A DNA stretch of 64,000 nt. Source: an uncultured Pseudomonadota bacterium (GTDB lineage Bacteria; UBA10199; JADFYH01). The notes under the pieces are model-generated. The model saw only the letters and a list, made by a program, of their open reading frames with translations, did no database searches and had not been told where the DNA came from. Below are positions 56,749 to 64,000 of this stretch, in pieces. Made by a program: the position numbers and the translations under genes. Every line of letters starts with the position of its first letter. Within the stretch, counting starts at the first letter, position 1. The stretch lies in assembly GCA_964556135.1 (NCBI GenBank), contig CAZKUY010000001.1, positions 114,750-178,749 of the forward strand, in the 5' to 3' direction.

Positions 56749-58979
56749 TACTTACTGAAGAACTCGAAAAAACTCTGAAGCGGGCCTACGAAGAAGCGCA
56801 CTTACGCCAACACGAGTTTGTGACTTTAGAGCATCTGCTCTTCGCACTGACTTACGATAAAATCGCCGCGAAAATTCTCGTCCACTGTGGCGCGGACCTT
56901 AATAAGATTCGTCATGAAATTGAGACTTTCTTCAGCAGTCATCTCCAAAAAATGGCCGTTCCCGAAGAACCCCAATACACCATGGGAGTTCAGTATGTTT
57001 TGCAAATGGCAGCGACTCACATGCAATCGGCTTCGAAGAGTGAGATGGATGGCGGCAATGTCTTAGTCGCTTTATTCCGAGAAAAAGAATGTCATGCAGT
57101 TTATATTCTGGCTCAAAATGCGATCACTCGATTGGACGTGGTTCGCTATATTTCTCACGGCATTTCGAAAGTCGAAGAAGGTGATAGAGAATCTGAAAAC
57201 GAAGACGATTCCGACTCAGATCGAAAGCCTTCCAAAAAGAAAGATCCTCTGTCTAGATTTTGCGTCCATTTGAATGAAAAAGCACTTAAAGGTGAGATTG
57301 ATCCTCTCATTGGTAGAAGTTTGGAATTAGAACGAACGATTCATATTTTGGCGCGCCGAAGAAAGAATAATCCCATTTTTGTCGGCGATGCAGGGGTTGG
57401 TAAAACAGCGATTGCTGAAGGTTTGGCCTTACGGATTACTCAAAAAGATGTGCCGGATGTTTTACTCAATTCCATTGTTTATGCTTTGGATATGGGTGCT
57501 TTGATGGCGGGCACTAAGTTTCGCGGGGATTTTGAAGAACGTTTAAAAGCTGTTATCAATGCCCTCAAAAAAGACCCTAAAAATATTTTATTCATCGATG
57601 AAATTCACACCATCATTGGTGCAGGCGCCGTGAGTGGTGGGTCCTTGGATGCCTCCAATATTTTAAAACCGACACTCGCCAGTGGTGAAATCAAATGCAT
57701 TGGAACGACCACTTTTAAAGAATACCGAAGTATTTTTGAAAAAGATCACGCGCTGTCGCGCCGTTTCCAAAAAGTGGAAGTCGAAGAACCGAACTTAGAA
57801 GATTGTGAAAAAATTCTCCAAGGTCTGAAAAAACATTATGAAGAATTTCACGGCGTGAAATACAGCGATGAAGCGATCAAGGCCTGCGTAGAACTTTCAT
57901 CCAAATATATTAACGATCGATTTTTGCCAGATAAAGCGATCGACGTGATGGATGAAGTAGGCGCGGAAGTGAAGCTTCGAAAAGCAGGTTCGAAAGATAT
58001 TAGCTTACAAGACATCGAAAAAATCGTTTCCCGCATCGCCAAAGTTCCCACGCAATCGGTGAAGGTGGATGATAAAAAGAAATTGGCAAGTTTAGCTCCC
58101 GATTTGAAAAAAGGTATTTACGGCCAAGACAATGCCATCGACCAAGTGGTTCGTTCGATTCAGCTTTCGCGTGCAGGACTCTCCGAACCGGATAAACCCA
58201 TTGGTAGTTTTCTGTTCGCGGGTCCGACCGGCGTAGGAAAAACGGAGCTTGCCAAACAATTAGCAAAGAACTTAGGCATCGAGTTTGTTCGTTTCGATAT
58301 GAGTGAATATATGGAGAAGCATACGGTTTCTCGTCTTATTGGTTCACCTCCTGGTTATGTGGGCTTCGATCAAGGCGGTCAATTGACCGACGCCATCCAT
58401 CGCAATCCCCATGCGGTTTTGCTCTTAGACGAAATCGAGAAAGCTCACGAAGATATTTTTAACATCTTGCTGCAGGTGATGGATCACGCAACCCTTACCG
58501 ATAACAACGCCCGCAAATCTGATTTTCGCCAAGTCATTTTAATCATGACGACCAACTCCGGCGCGCGGGAAAGCATGGCGAAAACCGTCGGTTTTGGCAG
58601 CTTAGAATTCGAAGATAAAAGTCTTAAAACCATCGAAAAACAATTCAGTCCCGAATTCAGAAATCGTCTGACCTCTATTGTTCCTTTCAATCCTTTAGGA
58701 TTGGAAGTGGCGGAGCGCATCGTCGATAAGATGTTAGTGGAGTTGAGCAAGCGCCTTGAAGCCAAACATGTGAAGATTAAGCTAGAAGCCAGCGCGCGTA
58801 AATATCTTGCCGAAAAAGGCTTTGATTTGAAGTTTGGCGCACGGCCCATGCGACGCCTTATTGAAAATGAAGTCTCGCAAGTCATTTCCACTGAAATTCT
58901 TTTTGGAAAATTGGAAGAGGGTGGGGACGTATCGATTCGAGCGAAAGACGGAAAGCTTTCTTTTCAATACGCTAAATAA
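56745..58979 (+). CDS. clpA: ATP-dependent Clp protease ATP-binding subunit ClpA
   Basis: ATGA overlap with the clpS stop. N-domain [13 protein letters not shown]. Two AAA+ modules ([16 protein letters not shown]). No middle UVR or coiled-coil domain. Confidence 0.92.
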   Translation: MILTEELEKTLKRAYEEAHLRQHEFVTLEHLLFALTYDKIAAKILVHCGADLNKIRHEIETFFSSHLQKMAVPEEPQYTMGVQYVLQMAATHMQSASKSEMDGGNVLVALFREKECHAVYILAQNAITRLDVVRYISHGISKVEEGDRESENEDDSDSDRKPSKKKDPLSRFCVHLNEKALKGEIDPLIGRSLELERTIHILARRRKNNPIFVGDAGVGKTAIAEGLALRITQKDVPDVLLNSIVYALDMGALMAGTKFRGDFEERLKAVINALKKDPKNILFIDEIHTIIGAGAVSGGSLDASNILKPTLASGEIKCIGTTTFKEYRSIFEKDHALSRRFQKVEVEEPNLEDCEKILQGLKKHYEEFHGVKYSDEAIKACVELSSKYINDRFLPDKAIDVMDEVGAEVKLRKAGSKDISLQDIEKIVSRIAKVPTQSVKVDDKKKLASLAPDLKKGIYGQDNAIDQVVRSIQLSRAGLSEPDKPIGSFLFAGPTGVGKTELAKQLAKNLGIEFVRFDMSEYMEKHTVSRLIGSPPGYVGFDQGGQLTDAIHRNPHAVLLLDEIEKAHEDIFNILLQVMDHATLTDNNARKSDFRQVILIMTTNSGARESMAKTVGFGSLEFEDKSLKTIEKQFSPEFRNRLTSIVPFNPLGLEVAERIVDKMLVELSKRLEAKHVKIKLEASARKYLAEKGFDLKFGARPMRRLIENEVSQVISTEILFGKLEEGGDVSIRAKDGKLSFQYAK

Positions 58980-58988
58980 ATTTCAGAA

Positions 58989-59303
58989 TTATTGTTTTTC
59001 TAAACGACAACGAAGATCAAAAGCAAAATACTGCCCGAACATGCCATGCTTTTGAGTGTCATCATCGCAATAGATGCGTCCTTTTTGCTTGCAAGCTGTC
59101 ACCGGAATTTCCGTCGGGCCTTCATTGAATTGGTAACTCGGACCCATTTCGATTTGCTCCGGGGGGCAATTGAATTCGCGGGCCGCAAGCGCTCGAACTG
59201 TTTGAGTCTGTAGCATCATATAATGATAGGTGTACCAGCTTATATAAGCGACGAAGATGAAAGCGATGATTCCAAGAAGAATGAGTTTAATTTTAAGTGT
59301 CAT
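58989..59303 (-). CDS. membrane-anchored hypothetical protein (104 aa, 4 Cys)
   Basis: N-terminal TM LILLGIIAFIFVAYISWY. 3-nt gap to the upstream LOG gene. Confidence 0.45.
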   Translation of the reverse strand: MTLKIKLILLGIIAFIFVAYISWYTYHYMMLQTQTVRALAAREFNCPPEQIEMGPSYQFNEGPTEIPVTACKQKGRIYCDDDTQKHGMFGQYFAFDLRCRLEKQ

Positions 59304-59306
59304 AAG

Positions 59307-59888
59307 TTATACATCCTCCTTGTTAATCCACTTCGCTTCCGGTTCCGGTAAATAGTTTTTCATTCTTTGCAGGAGAAATTTCGGATCCGATTCTGTAAGG
59401 TATAAATTCCTATTTTTCTCTTTCAGAAATTTTTCATCTACCATGTGATCTAAGAATTTTAATAAGTGGTCGAAGTAACCGTCGGTATTGAGAATGCCGC
59501 AAGGCTTCTTATGTAAACCTAATTGGGACCAAGTGAGGATTTCGAAAAACTCCTCGAGCGTCCCAATGCCGCCAGGGAGCGCAATGAAAGCATCCGACAA
59601 GTCATACATTTTTTGCTTTCGAGCATGCATGCTATCGACGACGAAAAGCTCCGTGAGTCCGCCATGCGCGATTTCTTTTCGGCTTATACTTTTGGGCATG
59701 ACGCCAAAGACCTTGCCTTGGCGCTTGAGCACTTCATCCGCCAAAATTCCCATTAAACCGATGCTCGCGCCGCCATAGACCAAGGCGATGTCGTCTTTCA
59801 CTAGAAGCTTGGCTAAATCTTCAGCGGCCTGTTTGTAAGAGCCATTTTTCCCTTTGTTTGAACCACAAAAGATGCAGAGTGATTTCAT
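59307..59888 (-). CDS. LOG family protein (TIGR00730, nucleotide 5'-monophosphate nucleosidase/cytokinin riboside phosphoribohydrolase-like)
   Basis: VYGGASIGLMG and PGGIGTLEE motifs. Confidence 0.85.
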   Translation of the reverse strand: MKSLCIFCGSNKGKNGSYKQAAEDLAKLLVKDDIALVYGGASIGLMGILADEVLKRQGKVFGVMPKSISRKEIAHGGLTELFVVDSMHARKQKMYDLSDAFIALPGGIGTLEEFFEILTWSQLGLHKKPCGILNTDGYFDHLLKFLDHMVDEKFLKEKNRNLYLTESDPKFLLQRMKNYLPEPEAKWINKEDV

Positions 59889-60343
59889 TTATTTCCTTTC
59901 ATGCCGAGTTGTCGATAAGCCTCATAGAGCACAATGCTTACCGAACCTGCTAAATTCAAACTCCTCACTGGGCCCCACATGGGAATGGTGAGAATTTGAT
60001 CGGGATATTTTTCAAAGACTGGCGCGGGCAAACCTGAGCCTTCGGATCCAAACACCAAAATGTCATCGTTGTGAAACTCGGCTTCATGATAAGATTTTTT
60101 CCCCTTGGTGCTTAAATACCAAATACGGGCAGGAGGGGCTGGGGCTTGGATATCCTCAAGGCGATTGACCTGCTGAACTTTTAAATCCTTCCAATAATCT
60201 AAGCCCGATCTTCTAATCTCCTTATCGCCTATGAAAAAGCCCAAGGGCTTCACTAAAATGAGTTCCGTATCGGTGGCAACGCAAAGTCTTCCGATATTTC
60301 CGGTGTTTTGGGGAATTTCAGGTTGAAAGAGCACTACCTTCAT
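59885..60343 (-). CDS. trmL: tRNA (cytidine/uridine-2'-O-)-methyltransferase TrmL (SpoU/TrmH family)
   Basis: 152 aa. PQNTGNIGR, FGSEGSGL and SLNLAGSVSIVLYE motifs. Confidence 0.85.
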   Translation of the reverse strand: MKVVLFQPEIPQNTGNIGRLCVATDTELILVKPLGFFIGDKEIRRSGLDYWKDLKVQQVNRLEDIQAPAPPARIWYLSTKGKKSYHEAEFHNDDILVFGSEGSGLPAPVFEKYPDQILTIPMWGPVRSLNLAGSVSIVLYEAYRQLGMKGNK

Positions 60344-60360
60344 AAGCTATAATCCCATAT

Positions 60361-61617
60361 ATGACTTACACAAATCATTGGTTTTTCTATCTATTCGCCA
60401 GCGTCTATTTTTTCCATGAAATTCTTGAGACTTATTTGACTTTGCTGAATCGGAAGCACGTACTTCAGCATCGCGGGGAAGTCCCCGAATATTTCAAGGA
60501 AAGCATTGATTTTGCGACTTATCAAAAAAGCATCGCCTACAATCTTGAGAAAGCGAACTTTGGTCTTCTCATGAGATGGATCGGGGTAGGGCTCACATGG
60601 GGAATTATTTTGTCGGGGGGCTTTGATAAATTAGGCGAACAATTAAGTTTTTGGGTTTCATCGCAAAGTTTAAGTTATTCGGTGCTATATTGTTTGGCGG
60701 TGGGATTTTTTATTTTAATTTTGGGGATTCCGTCTTCGCTCTATTCACAATTTGTGATCGAAGAAAAATACGGCTTCAATAAAATGACGGGAAAATTATT
60801 CGTCGTCGATTTGTTGAAAAGTATTTTGCTGAGTTTAGTTTTAGGTCTGCCCTTACTCTATCTTTTATTTTGGCTTTATCAGGTCAGTGGTGAATATTGG
60901 TGGTTATGGGCTTTCCTGGCATTTTTTGGCTTTCAACTTTTCTTAGCCGCTGTTTATCCCACTTTTTTAGCGCCTTTGTTTAATAAATTTATTCCTTTGG
61001 CGGATGGAACTTTGAAACAAGCCATTGAAGACATTGCTCAAAAAGTAAAGTTCAAGATGTCGGGCATTTTCACGATTGATGGATCCAAACGCTCATCGCA
61101 TTCCAATGCCTATTTTGCAGGTTTAGGAAAATTCAGACGCATCGTCCTTTTTGATACTTTGATTCATCAGATGAACGAAGAAGAAATCGTTTCTGTGCTT
61201 GCCCATGAAATGGGCCATAACAAAAAACGACATATTCAAAAACAACTTCTCCTTGGTTTTGTGAGTGGATTGCTGTCCTTTTGGATACTCTCTCTTTTGA
61301 TGACCTGGCAGCCTTTCTATCAGACCTTCCAAGCCGGTAATCCTAATCCAGGTAAAGCTTTAGTCTTGTTCTCGCTTTTCGGCGGAAGCTTCGGCTTTTT
61401 CATTACTCCGTTTACGAATTATCTTTCGAGAAAATATGAATATGAAGCCGATGGTTTTTCAGTGCAAGCCACTGGAAAAACGGCGCCCATGATCTCTTCA
61501 CTTTTAAAGTTGAGCAAAGAAAACCTTTCGAATCTCAAGCCTCATCCTTGGTATAGCTTTTATCACTACACACACCCGACGACCTTGGAGCGAATTCAAG
61601 CCATCGAAAAAGCTTAA
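60361..61617 (+). CDS. M48 family metallopeptidase, Ste24 (CAAX prenyl protease 1)-like
   Basis: Multi-TM N-terminal region. HEMGHNKKRH zinc motif. C-terminal HPTTLERI motif. Confidence 0.85.
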   Translation: MTYTNHWFFYLFASVYFFHEILETYLTLLNRKHVLQHRGEVPEYFKESIDFATYQKSIAYNLEKANFGLLMRWIGVGLTWGIILSGGFDKLGEQLSFWVSSQSLSYSVLYCLAVGFFILILGIPSSLYSQFVIEEKYGFNKMTGKLFVVDLLKSILLSLVLGLPLLYLLFWLYQVSGEYWWLWAFLAFFGFQLFLAAVYPTFLAPLFNKFIPLADGTLKQAIEDIAQKVKFKMSGIFTIDGSKRSSHSNAYFAGLGKFRRIVLFDTLIHQMNEEEIVSVLAHEMGHNKKRHIQKQLLLGFVSGLLSFWILSLLMTWQPFYQTFQAGNPNPGKALVLFSLFGGSFGFFITPFTNYLSRKYEYEADGFSVQATGKTAPMISSLLKLSKENLSNLKPHPWYSFYHYTHPTTLERIQAIEKA

Positions 61618-61629
61618 TCGAGGGAAAGA

Positions 61630-62406
61630 TTAACGACGATGAATGTCGCTGGAGCTTCCCAAAATTTGATTGGACCCTGGAATCCAAATAGTCTCATCCG
61701 AGGGCATTACATTGAGTAAGGCAGATGCAATGCGCGCATCTTTCAACATGAATTGCGCATTATTTGCGAAAAAGTAGATTTTATCCGCATCGGCAGATTG
61801 GATCGCATCAATGATCTGCTTCATTTCTTTTCTTTCATAATTGTAAAAATACCATTTATCTCGACCATGCAGACGGTAATAAACAGTGTCGTTGCTGCGT
61901 AAAATTTTTCGGGGAAGCTGAGGCGCGTCAATGCTTACCAAGGTGATTCCTAAATCTTTTGCCCAATCTTCGTGTTCTGTCGTGAACCAATCATTCGTGC
62001 GGCCTTCTAAAGCAAATCGATGTCCCAATTTTGAACGATGAATGAAGTCTTCTAGCAGCTTACGTTGATCAATTTCAAATGAGGGTGGAAGTTGGAAAAG
62101 ATAAAAATCAATTTGGGGATCCAGCTTTTTAAAGGCGGATTGAAATGATTGCCAACTTTCCCATGCAGTCTGATTGAAACGATGGAAGTGAGTAATAGCC
62201 CGATGCACTTTAATGCTCCATCGCAAATGATTGCCTTTTTCCACCCAGTTTTTTACCTGAGTTTCGGTGGGCATTCGGTAATACGATGCATTTAATTCAA
62301 CCGCGTTCAGCCTAGAATTTTGAACATACCAATCAAGACTTTCGGAAGGATTCCATTCTTTGTAAGACCAACCTGATGTACCAACATAGATGTCTCTCAT
62401 GAACAC
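61630..62406 (-). CDS. DUF72 (YecE/UPF0759) family protein
   Basis: GTSGWSYKEW, FQLPPSF and YYRLHG motifs. Confidence 0.8.
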   Translation of the reverse strand: MFMRDIYVGTSGWSYKEWNPSESLDWYVQNSRLNAVELNASYYRMPTETQVKNWVEKGNHLRWSIKVHRAITHFHRFNQTAWESWQSFQSAFKKLDPQIDFYLFQLPPSFEIDQRKLLEDFIHRSKLGHRFALEGRTNDWFTTEHEDWAKDLGITLVSIDAPQLPRKILRSNDTVYYRLHGRDKWYFYNYERKEMKQIIDAIQSADADKIYFFANNAQFMLKDARIASALLNVMPSDETIWIPGSNQILGSSSDIHRR

Positions 62407-62445
62407 CTCCTCATGGAATAATTATATGAAGTGCTCTCTCTTTAT

Positions 62446-62573
62446 CACAATCAGGTCATCCCTGGTTTTACTCTAGGGATAAACCCTTAACGAACCTTTA
62501 CTCTTATCGGCAAAAATAGTTTCTCTATTTTGGGGAAATACCTGGGTCTGAAAACAGGGATGACCTGATTGTG
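62446..62573. repeat. 19-bp perfect inverted repeat flanking about 90 nt (large hairpin or MITE-like element)
   Basis: CACAATCAGGTCATCCCTG (62446-62464) is the exact reverse complement of CAGGGATGACCTGATTGTG (62555-62573). Confidence 0.6.
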
Positions 62574-62657
62574 GGAAAAAGTTCACTCGTATATCTTAGA
62601 ATGGAGTTTAAAAATAAATAGCCACTCATTAATCAAAGCAATAAGAGGGGAATGATC

Positions 62658-62777
62658 ATGAAAAAGGAAAAACAGGAAAATCTCGAAAGCGGCAAAATCG
62701 GATATATCTTAGCTTGGCTCGTCGGAATACCCATCCCTATTTTAATCCTGGTTTTTCTACTTCGAGGTTGTAATTAA
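62658..62777 (+). CDS. small membrane protein (39 aa), not in ORF track
   Basis: My translation is MKKEKQENLESGKIGYILAWLVGIPIPILILVFLLRGCN. GAGGGG RBS lies 7 nt upstream and a terminator follows. Confidence 0.45.
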   Translation: MKKEKQENLESGKIGYILAWLVGIPIPILILVFLLRGCN

Positions 62778-62787
62778 GCTTCGTTAG

Positions 62788-62821
62788 AAAAAAAGCCCCC
62801 TTAGGGGGCTTTTTGCTTTTT
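62788..62821. terminator. bidirectional rho-independent terminator
   Basis: AAAAAAA-GCCCCC-TTA-GGGGGC-TTTTTGCTTTTT between convergent genes. Confidence 0.7.
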
Positions 62822-64000
62822 AGAAGGTTTGGATGACTTCAAAAACAGTGTTAGCTGCTTCTCCACCATAGCCCACCTCAATTTTGAAGGTATAATATTT
62901 CTTTAGGGTAACGCGAATTCCACCACCGACTGAATATTGAAAATCCTTAAAGGAAAAGTGCTCGATGCCATTGAAAACTCGGCCCGTATCGGCAAAGAGA
63001 GTACCGTCTATATTGTTCCAAAGCGGATAACGTAGTTCGGCGTTCGCAACCACGCTGCTCTTATCCCGAAAACGGCCGCGGCTAAATCCACGCACTGGCG
63101 CAAAAAGATCAATCGCGGGTAGGCGATAGAATGGAATTTGATTTCCATCTGGGCTTTCTGCGAAGGTCCAGCCATTGTTCAACCAGAGGACGAGTCCTTT
63201 ATATCCTAAGGGAAAGTATTGCTCTGCTTTCACGCGAAAAACTAAATAATCAAAGCCTTTCTGATTAAGGCCTTTCATGTATTGGAAAATAAAAGAACGG
63301 ACACCGCCTTTTTGCGTGTAGTAAATATTATCGCGAGTATCGTGCGCAAAACGAAAACCGAAATCTGCATAGGCGATGGTGCTATTAAATCCTGCAAGCT
63401 CTGAGGCGGGAAAGATATTCTGTACGCTCGGTGTAGAGTCAATGTCCTTATAAGAAGATTTTCCCCAATCTAAGGCGATGTGAGGAGCAATGTTGAGGTT
63501 CTGGGGGAGGTCAAAGCCCAAGGTCCCCCCGACGCGGAGAAGCTTAGAACTGAATTCTCCTTTGTCGTTTTTTTCCGTGTTGGGGCCAATCCCAAAATAA
63601 TCTTCGTTAGAATCCATAAACCAATCGGCACCTGCCAAAAACGAAACTCTTTGGTCTTTGATGCGGAAAAGATCCCTTTTGCCAATACTTACCTTGCCAC
63701 GAAAATCGAGATCGGTGAAGACGATGGTGTTTAAGGATAAAATATAATTTCGATTAAAAAGATCGGGAATAGCCAGGCCAAACCCGCCTCCAAATCGTCC
63801 ACCGTCCGCAAAAGCTATTGCCGGATAGATATAATATTTTTCGCTAAATGTTTTCTTTTTTGATTTTGAAGCTTTGGGCTTGTTGGGATCTCCGTCGATT
63901 AAATTTCCTAATAAAGAAATAGGATAAGTGACCCCTTTCATAAGATAGTAAGGCAATACGATGTCTGGTACATGCGGAAGTGTTTCAGGTTGAGTATTGG
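62820..64000 (-). CDS. Omp85/BamA-family (bacterial surface antigen D15) outer-membrane beta-barrel, 5' end outside window
   Basis: C-terminal ...FADTGRVF...SVGGGIRV...VGYGGEAANTVFEVIQTF ends in Phe. Alternating beta-strand pattern. The frame remains open upstream of the TTG at 63956 to the window edge. Confidence 0.6.
   Translation of the reverse strand, partial: NTQPETLPHVPDIVLPYYLMKGVTYPISLLGNLIDGDPNKPKASKSKKKTFSEKYYIYPAIAFADGGRFGGGFGLAIPDLFNRNYILSLNTIVFTDLDFRGKVSIGKRDLFRIKDQRVSFLAGADWFMDSNEDYFGIGPNTEKNDKGEFSSKLLRVGGTLGFDLPQNLNIAPHIALDWGKSSYKDIDSTPSVQNIFPASELAGFNSTIAYADFGFRFAHDTRDNIYYTQKGGVRSFIFQYMKGLNQKGFDYLVFRVKAEQYFPLGYKGLVLWLNNGWTFAESPDGNQIPFYRLPAIDLFAPVRGFSRGRFRDKSSVVANAELRYPLWNNIDGTLFADTGRVFNGIEHFSFKDFQYSVGGGIRVTLKKYYTFKIEVGYGGEAANTVFEVIQTF

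Noticed and set aside
1-64000. Search for tRNA, rRNA, CRISPR arrays, transposases, integrases, phage genes, or known defence or toxin-antitoxin modules
   Set aside because: I recognised none by eye on either strand. This was a visual scan only, so tRNAscan-SE, Infernal, ISfinder and DefenseFinder runs would be needed to confirm the absence.

Overview
About 64 kb of bacterial chromosome. GC looks like roughly 45% by eye (not computed) and most genes have strong Shine-Dalgarno sites. It appears Gram-negative: there is an Omp85-type barrel ending in F, lipobox and signal peptides, ClpS-ClpA and PntAA/AB/B. The stand-alone EF-G carries ITIQSAAT, a mitochondrial/spd-like signature I associate with delta-proteobacteria/Bdellovibrio-like bacteria, spirochaetes and planctomycetes, but the taxon cannot be fixed from this window. 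I support about 55 CDSs, mostly housekeeping or metabolic. I recognised no rRNA, tRNA, CRISPR array, transposase or integrase. The most interesting content is a dispersed group of unannotatable plus-strand genes at 30944, 34616, 43384, 50765/50798 and 52562. (1) Four of them share a previously unrecognised N-terminal module of about 200 aa, fused to entirely different C-terminal parts. (2) One is a 1157-aa four-part fusion: this module, a cysteine-dioxygenase-like cupin, a class-I aminotransferase and a YeiH/UPF0324 putative sulfate-exporter membrane domain. (3) All five are preceded by the same promoter-like motif, (TAG)CAAC-N16-CGAT(A/T)A, with exactly identical spacing. This resembles ECF-sigma or sigma-28 type promoters and implies a dedicated regulon. 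Secondary items are a type III PKS/ICMT-methyltransferase/CoA-binding operon (phenolic-lipid type), a GH18 chitinase with two CBM2-like modules, a KirBac channel, and several structured intergenic elements and small unannotated ORFs.
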